This document shows, one piece after another, positions 59,436 through 64,000 of a stretch of DNA of 64,000 nt (positions within the stretch are counted from its first letter, which is position 1; the number at the start of each line of letters is the position of its first letter). This stretch comes from Syntrophales bacterium. GTDB taxonomy: Bacteria > Desulfobacterota > Syntrophia > Syntrophales > PHBD01. The stretch covers positions 1,216,001 to 1,280,000 of the forward strand of contig OY764159.1 of assembly GCA_963668175.1 (NCBI GenBank), given 5' to 3'. The position numbers and the translations under genes are program-made. Under the pieces are notes generated by a model that did not search any database, was not told the origin of the DNA, and saw only the letters and a program-made list of their open reading frames with translations.

Positions 59436-61178
59436 CTATTGCTTGGGCGTCTGCACCGGCTGGGGGGCGGACATCTTGTAGGCCACGAAGACGCTCTTCT
59501 CCCCGAAAGCCCGGCCCGTCGAGAGAACGAGCGCCATCACGATCTCCTTCTCCCCGTCGTTGTCCACGTCCTTGAACTGGTAGTCCGCCACGTAGCCGTT
59601 GATCTTCCGCGTCCGCCAGTTCTCCACCAGGCCCAGACCGTCCCATTCCATGTTGTAGATCTCGCTGGACGTGTAGATCCGGACCTTCTTCAGGAAGTTG
59701 CCGCCCGGGGAGATGTTCTTCACGATGATGATCTCCTTCTTCCCGTCCCCGTTCGTGTCGTATGTCAGAATCCGGGCGTTCATGAAGGCCCGCTGGTCCT
59801 CCGTCGCCCCCCCCGTCGTCTCCTGGCCGACGTAATCGACGTAGAGGTTGCTCCCGCCGAAGATCTCGTCGCTCTTGTAGAGCAGCTCCTTCGGTCCGCC
59901 GAAGACCCGCAGCTTGTCGATCACCATGTCCGTCGGCGTATAGATGCACAGATAGTCGTAGTCGTCGAGAGCGATGATCCTCTCCGGACCCCCCGCCTCG
60001 ATCGCGTCGATCGTGAAGTTATACACCGAAAGCCCCAGCGGAACGGTCATCTTCTTCCCTTCCTTCAGCTTGCCCCCCTCCCAGACCATCTCGTAGATGG
60101 GCGTGCTGAAGGGACGGTCCACGCCGAACCGCTGCCCCATCAGCTTGACGCCGCCGGGGGTCTCGATCGCCCGGAAAAACCAGGGCAGGCGCGTCGCCAG
60201 TTCCACGAATTTCCCGTTCTTCCATTCCAGGACAAAGGATTCCAGGGCGTTGTTCTTGAGGAGATTGGTCACGACGATCTCCTGGCGCTTGTCCTGGAAA
60301 AGATCGACGACATCGACGGCAATGTAGTTGTCGCTCATCTTCCCCTGGATCTTCTGGATCATCCTGAAATCCGAGCCCTTCTTCTGGAATATCCGGATCG
60401 AGTTGCGGTCGATGGCGACGATCTCGTTCAGGCCGTCGCCGTTCACGTCGCCGACGGCCATCCCTCTGAATTCGGTGGGATAACCCTCGCTCATCCAGAA
60501 TCCCTTCCGGTCCACGGGCTGGAAGGCGTTGATGAAATCGGGATTGATGGCCGCGGTCATGGTCCCCTTGGACGATTTTCTGATCCCCGCGATGACCTCC
60601 GATTCCCGGGCCGCAGGCGTAACAGCCGGGGCCGCAGCCGCCGGTGCCGCCGCTGCCGCAGCAGGGGCCGGTGCCGCGGGGGCCGGGGCCGCCGCAACAG
60701 CGCCGCCCATGATCCTATCAACCACTTTCTGGGAAAAATCGTTGATCTTGGGAATCACTTCGTCCATGCCGTGGCACAGGGCCGACGCCCCGAATGCCGA
60801 TTGATATTTCCCCACGTCCATCAGCTTCCCGTCGATGCTCAGGTTGTTGCCGATCTTCGAGATGCTCCCCCAGACGACGTAATCCGCCTTCATCTGCTTA
60901 CCCAGGGCATAGACATCGGCTTCCGAAAGCTGCTTGACCCCTTTGGGCTTCAGGGCGTCCGAAACCTTGTCCTTGGCCAGGACCGTGATGTTGCCGCCGG
61001 CCGAGACGCGGATGGAAATCATGTCCCAGACGGACTGCTGAATCCAGTCGATGTTCTCGCTGCTGTGCGTGGCGAAAGGCAGCACCATCACGCTCCTGGT
61101 GTCTACCGCCCACACCTTTCCGAATGCCAATACCAATACAAGCATCAATGTGCCGATGATCCATCTGCCGGTCTTCAT
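59436..61178 (-). CDS. Exported protein: TolB-N/CsgG-like domain, Ala/Pro linker and FG-GAP/VCBS repeats
   Basis: Signal peptide; VLPF...ADYVVWGS; GDVNGDG, DTNGDG and DVDNDG repeats. Confidence 0.75.
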   Translation of the reverse strand: MKTGRWIIGTLMLVLVLAFGKVWAVDTRSVMVLPFATHSSENIDWIQQSVWDMISIRVSAGGNITVLAKDKVSDALKPKGVKQLSEADVYALGKQMKADYVVWGSISKIGNNLSIDGKLMDVGKYQSAFGASALCHGMDEVIPKINDFSQKVVDRIMGGAVAAAPAPAAPAPAAAAAAPAAAAPAVTPAARESEVIAGIRKSSKGTMTAAINPDFINAFQPVDRKGFWMSEGYPTEFRGMAVGDVNGDGLNEIVAIDRNSIRIFQKKGSDFRMIQKIQGKMSDNYIAVDVVDLFQDKRQEIVVTNLLKNNALESFVLEWKNGKFVELATRLPWFFRAIETPGGVKLMGQRFGVDRPFSTPIYEMVWEGGKLKEGKKMTVPLGLSVYNFTIDAIEAGGPERIIALDDYDYLCIYTPTDMVIDKLRVFGGPKELLYKSDEIFGGSNLYVDYVGQETTGGATEDQRAFMNARILTYDTNGDGKKEIIIVKNISPGGNFLKKVRIYTSSEIYNMEWDGLGLVENWRTRKINGYVADYQFKDVDNDGEKEIVMALVLSTGRAFGEKSVFVAYKMSAPQPVQTPKQ

Positions 61179-61333
61179 GGTATGTTGTCTCCTCGGGTTG
61201 TAGCGCTGATCAGGCATCGCTGTGCTCTTCCGCCTGACGGGTTATGTCTCTAACATTTAAGAAAAATGAGTTCAAGGGATATTTCTCCCGTCTCGCATAA
61301 CAGATTGCGCGTGAATCGTATAACGCCTGGAAG

Positions 61334-62110
61334 TCATGACAGGAGGCCCTTAAGCCACAGCCACCCGATACCCAGATATTCGTGGATGGCGATGTCGGCC
61401 TTGGAGAATCCGCCGGCCGACGGATAGAAGAGGGACGGATGGATTCCCTTGTTGACGGCCGTTATCCGGTTGACGGGGGCCGCCATTGGGAGGGCGCCGT
61501 TCTTGTGGAAGAGCGCCATGGCCCGGGACATGTGAAACGCCGAGGTTACGAGGATAAAGGGCTCTTTGCCCACGATGGCGCAAACGAACCGTGTCTGTTC
61601 TTCCGTATCTCTCGATTTCGATTCGAGAACAACAGCTTCCGGACGGACCTTCATGGTGGCGGCAATCTTCTCCATGACCTTCGCTTCCTGTTCGCTGCCG
61701 TATAGGGCGCCCCCCGAGAGAAGCAATCTGCTGCCCGGCAGCCGGTTATGTATCCCAATCCCCTCAACGAGACGCACTAAGGCGTTAGGAGCGATCCTGT
61801 CGGCCAACGACAGGCCGGATTCGGTTCTTACACCTCCCCCCAGGACGACGACCCATTTCACCTGCGCGGCCGCATTATCGTCAGCCCTGAGCATTAGCGG
61901 CGGGTACCTGTCTTCCAGGGGCCTCAGCATCATGTCCGGAAGGGGGCCGATACTCAGGACCAAAACGAGCAATACGCCCGCAGCCGTGAGTATTTTCCCC
62001 GCTTTTTGACGTCGCGTAAACAAGAGCAGGGCAAGACCGATAACCAGGAGCATGACGGTTATAGTCAGGGAGTAAAACAGAGGCGTCAGAAACTTCTTGA
62101 TGAAAAACAT
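61334..62110 (-). CDS. YdcF/ElyC (DUF218) envelope protein
   Basis: VVLGGG, LSGG, SRDTEE, LVTSAFHMSRA, HEYLG. Confidence 0.88.
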   Translation of the reverse strand: MFFIKKFLTPLFYSLTITVMLLVIGLALLLFTRRQKAGKILTAAGVLLVLVLSIGPLPDMMLRPLEDRYPPLMLRADDNAAAQVKWVVVLGGGVRTESGLSLADRIAPNALVRLVEGIGIHNRLPGSRLLLSGGALYGSEQEAKVMEKIAATMKVRPEAVVLESKSRDTEEQTRFVCAIVGKEPFILVTSAFHMSRAMALFHKNGALPMAAPVNRITAVNKGIHPSLFYPSAGGFSKADIAIHEYLGIGWLWLKGLLS

Positions 62111-62111
62111 A

Positions 62112-64000
62112 TTATTTATATTCGCTGCCGATTCTCTCCCTGCCGGCGATGAGCGGCATGGTCAGATTGTAGGATCCGTATTCCATAACGGCCCTCATCT
62201 GAAGATTCGATTTTTCGAGGACCCGCATCATGGACTTGTTGTCGGCGATGACGTCGGCCGTGAAGAACTGGATGCCCCGTTCCCGGGCCGTCTTGATGAG
62301 CAATTCCAGAAGGAAAAGCGCAATGCCCCGGCCCTGGTAGAGTTCGTCCACAACGAAGGCGATATCGGCGTAGAGGGGACGGTCGAGATGGCGGACATAT
62401 CGGCCTTCGGCGATGATCTTTTCCATGCCGTCCTGTTCGATCGTGGCCACGATGGACATGAATCGGCTGTAGTCCACATTGACGTAGTCCTGCATCTTGG
62501 GGTGGGGCATCGTCTTGATCGGGCTGAAATACCTGTAATAGACGGTCCGTTCCGAAAAGCGGTAAAACAGCCGCCTCATTTCCTCTTCATCCGAGGGCTT
62601 GATGGCCCTGAACTGGACGCTGAGCCCGCCTTTGAAGACGTGGCTGCAGGATATATCGTCGGGATACAGGGACCCCGATTCGGGGAGGTATTTCTGATCG
62701 GCGTAGAGGATATTGGCCTCCTTTGCCAACCGGACCAGCTCCGCCCTGTCTCCCGGGTGGGCGATGTCGATGATGGCCAGAGCCCGCTCGCGGAGGGACC
62801 GCCCCGTCATGGAGGCGACGCCGTATTCGGTGATGATGATATCCAGGGATTCCCGGTTGATGAACTGATTGGGGTAATCCTTTATGGAGGGGAGAATATT
62901 CGATTCGCCCCTGGCGTTGCGGCTGAACAGGGCAAATACGGCCCTGCTCCCGCGGGACGGCTGAATACCGGTGAATATTTCCTGGGCCTGGCCCGGTGAA
63001 GCCGTGACGTTGCTGATCCCGGCATGAAGGGCAACGCCCCCGGTCAGGTCCACTTTTCGTGCCGGGAGTATTGCCACCATCCGGTCGTTTATGGCGATTT
63101 TTGTCGGATCGGCAGTGACGTCGATTCCCTGGAATTCGACGAGAGGGTTGAGATGCAGCCATTTCATCAGCTCCGCGGTGCCGTGGGCGTAAGACGTCAC
63201 GGCCTTTCCGGGGAAAAATCCCTTCTTCCTGTTGGTTACCGCCCCGGATTTCATCAGGTCCATCAGGGCATCGTTGAAAATGCACGTGTGAATGCCCAGG
63301 TCCTTCTTTTCGGCCAAATGGCGTCCCAGGGCTTCGAAAAGCGATCCCGAAAAGAAGGAGATGCAGCTTCCATCCTCGATAACGGAGGCGATGTTCGCCG
63401 CCAGTTTATCGAACATGTCCGAGATGGGCCAGCGGGGAAAAAGGATAAGCGGTTCCGTCGCGTGGACAAAATAGTCGAATTCGCTCACATGAACAAACGT
63501 GTCTCCCATAGTGCACGGAACTTTATCATTGATCTCGCCGACCACCAGGGTTGCCTGCTTCATGGCGCTCCGGGCGACGTCGACGGAGACGCCGAGGCTG
63601 GCATAGCCTGCCTTGTCGGGCGGCGTGATCTGGATGAAGGCGGCATCGATGCGGATGGCCCCCGATTCGACCAATTTGGGAATCCGGCCGTAGCGGCAGG
63701 GGATGAGGTCGATGGACCCCGAGGTGATGGCCTCGTTCGCGACCCAGCCGGAAAAGAAAGTCTTCAACCGGTATTTATGTTTGTTGGTCTGATGGGAGAA
63801 GGAAATGGCGTCCCCGAGGCTGACAAGCTGGATCAGTTCCAGGTCGTTCAGGTTGCTCTTCTCTGAAGCCAGCAAATGCTTAACCAGGGTTCGGGGTTCC
63901 GAGACCCCGGTTCCCAGAAAGATGCTCATTCCCGGTTCAATCCTGGCTAGGACCTCATCAGGGGAAGCCACCTTTTTTTCCCAGTCGGAATCGTTGATGT
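62112..64000 (-). CDS. Acetyl-CoA hydrolase/transferase-like domain fused to a C-terminal GNAT (5' end beyond window)
   Basis: Frame open to the window edge; SPDE, SLGVSVD, TEYGVA, IAHP; GNAT motif YQGRGIA. Confidence 0.85.
   Translation of the reverse strand, partial: INDSDWEKKVASPDEVLARIEPGMSIFLGTGVSEPRTLVKHLLASEKSNLNDLELIQLVSLGDAISFSHQTNKHKYRLKTFFSGWVANEAITSGSIDLIPCRYGRIPKLVESGAIRIDAAFIQITPPDKAGYASLGVSVDVARSAMKQATLVVGEINDKVPCTMGDTFVHVSEFDYFVHATEPLILFPRWPISDMFDKLAANIASVIEDGSCISFFSGSLFEALGRHLAEKKDLGIHTCIFNDALMDLMKSGAVTNRKKGFFPGKAVTSYAHGTAELMKWLHLNPLVEFQGIDVTADPTKIAINDRMVAILPARKVDLTGGVALHAGISNVTASPGQAQEIFTGIQPSRGSRAVFALFSRNARGESNILPSIKDYPNQFINRESLDIIITEYGVASMTGRSLRERALAIIDIAHPGDRAELVRLAKEANILYADQKYLPESGSLYPDDISCSHVFKGGLSVQFRAIKPSDEEEMRRLFYRFSERTVYYRYFSPIKTMPHPKMQDYVNVDYSRFMSIVATIEQDGMEKIIAEGRYVRHLDRPLYADIAFVVDELYQGRGIALFLLELLIKTARERGIQFFTADVIADNKSMMRVLEKSNLQMRAVMEYGSYNLTMPLIAGRERIGSEYK

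Noticed and set aside
60610..60705. GCC-rich repeat tract as a possible CRISPR or VNTR
   Set aside because: Encodes an Ala/Pro linker; no repeat-spacer periodicity noticed anywhere in the window

Overview
GC-rich bacterial chromosomal segment, most consistent with an anaerobic Desulfobacterota/deltaproteobacterium, possibly Syntrophales-like. This is an inference from the gene set: AOR, octaheme cytochrome c, short EF-Ts, RdgC-like protein, two-subunit pyruvate carboxylase and a second short S1. Housekeeping genes include ptsH-ptsI, plsB, cysS, nadK-recN-argA-mltA, secA-argJ, rpsB-tsf-pyrH-frr, tRNA-Gln(CTG) and tRNA-Met(CAT). Accessory content includes an octaheme nitrite reductase with a ferredoxin, an envelope glycan operon carrying a carbamoyltransferase/SxtK/SxtJ-like trio, a PDO-TrxR fusion and a B12-radical SAM locus. 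No transposase, integrase, prophage or CRISPR array was seen. The best candidate for an undescribed system is a co-oriented cluster directly behind plsB: SCP2-like protein, metal-less pseudo-ADH, intact Fe-ADH, AOR and polyferredoxin, suggesting a lipid-linked fatty acid/aldehyde/alcohol module. Other leads are two more apparent pseudoenzymes (a CoA-transferase-GNAT fusion and an EEP protein), an attenuator-like structure before secA and a structured leader before the M23-secA genes. All family calls come from motif recognition by eye; no database searches were run.
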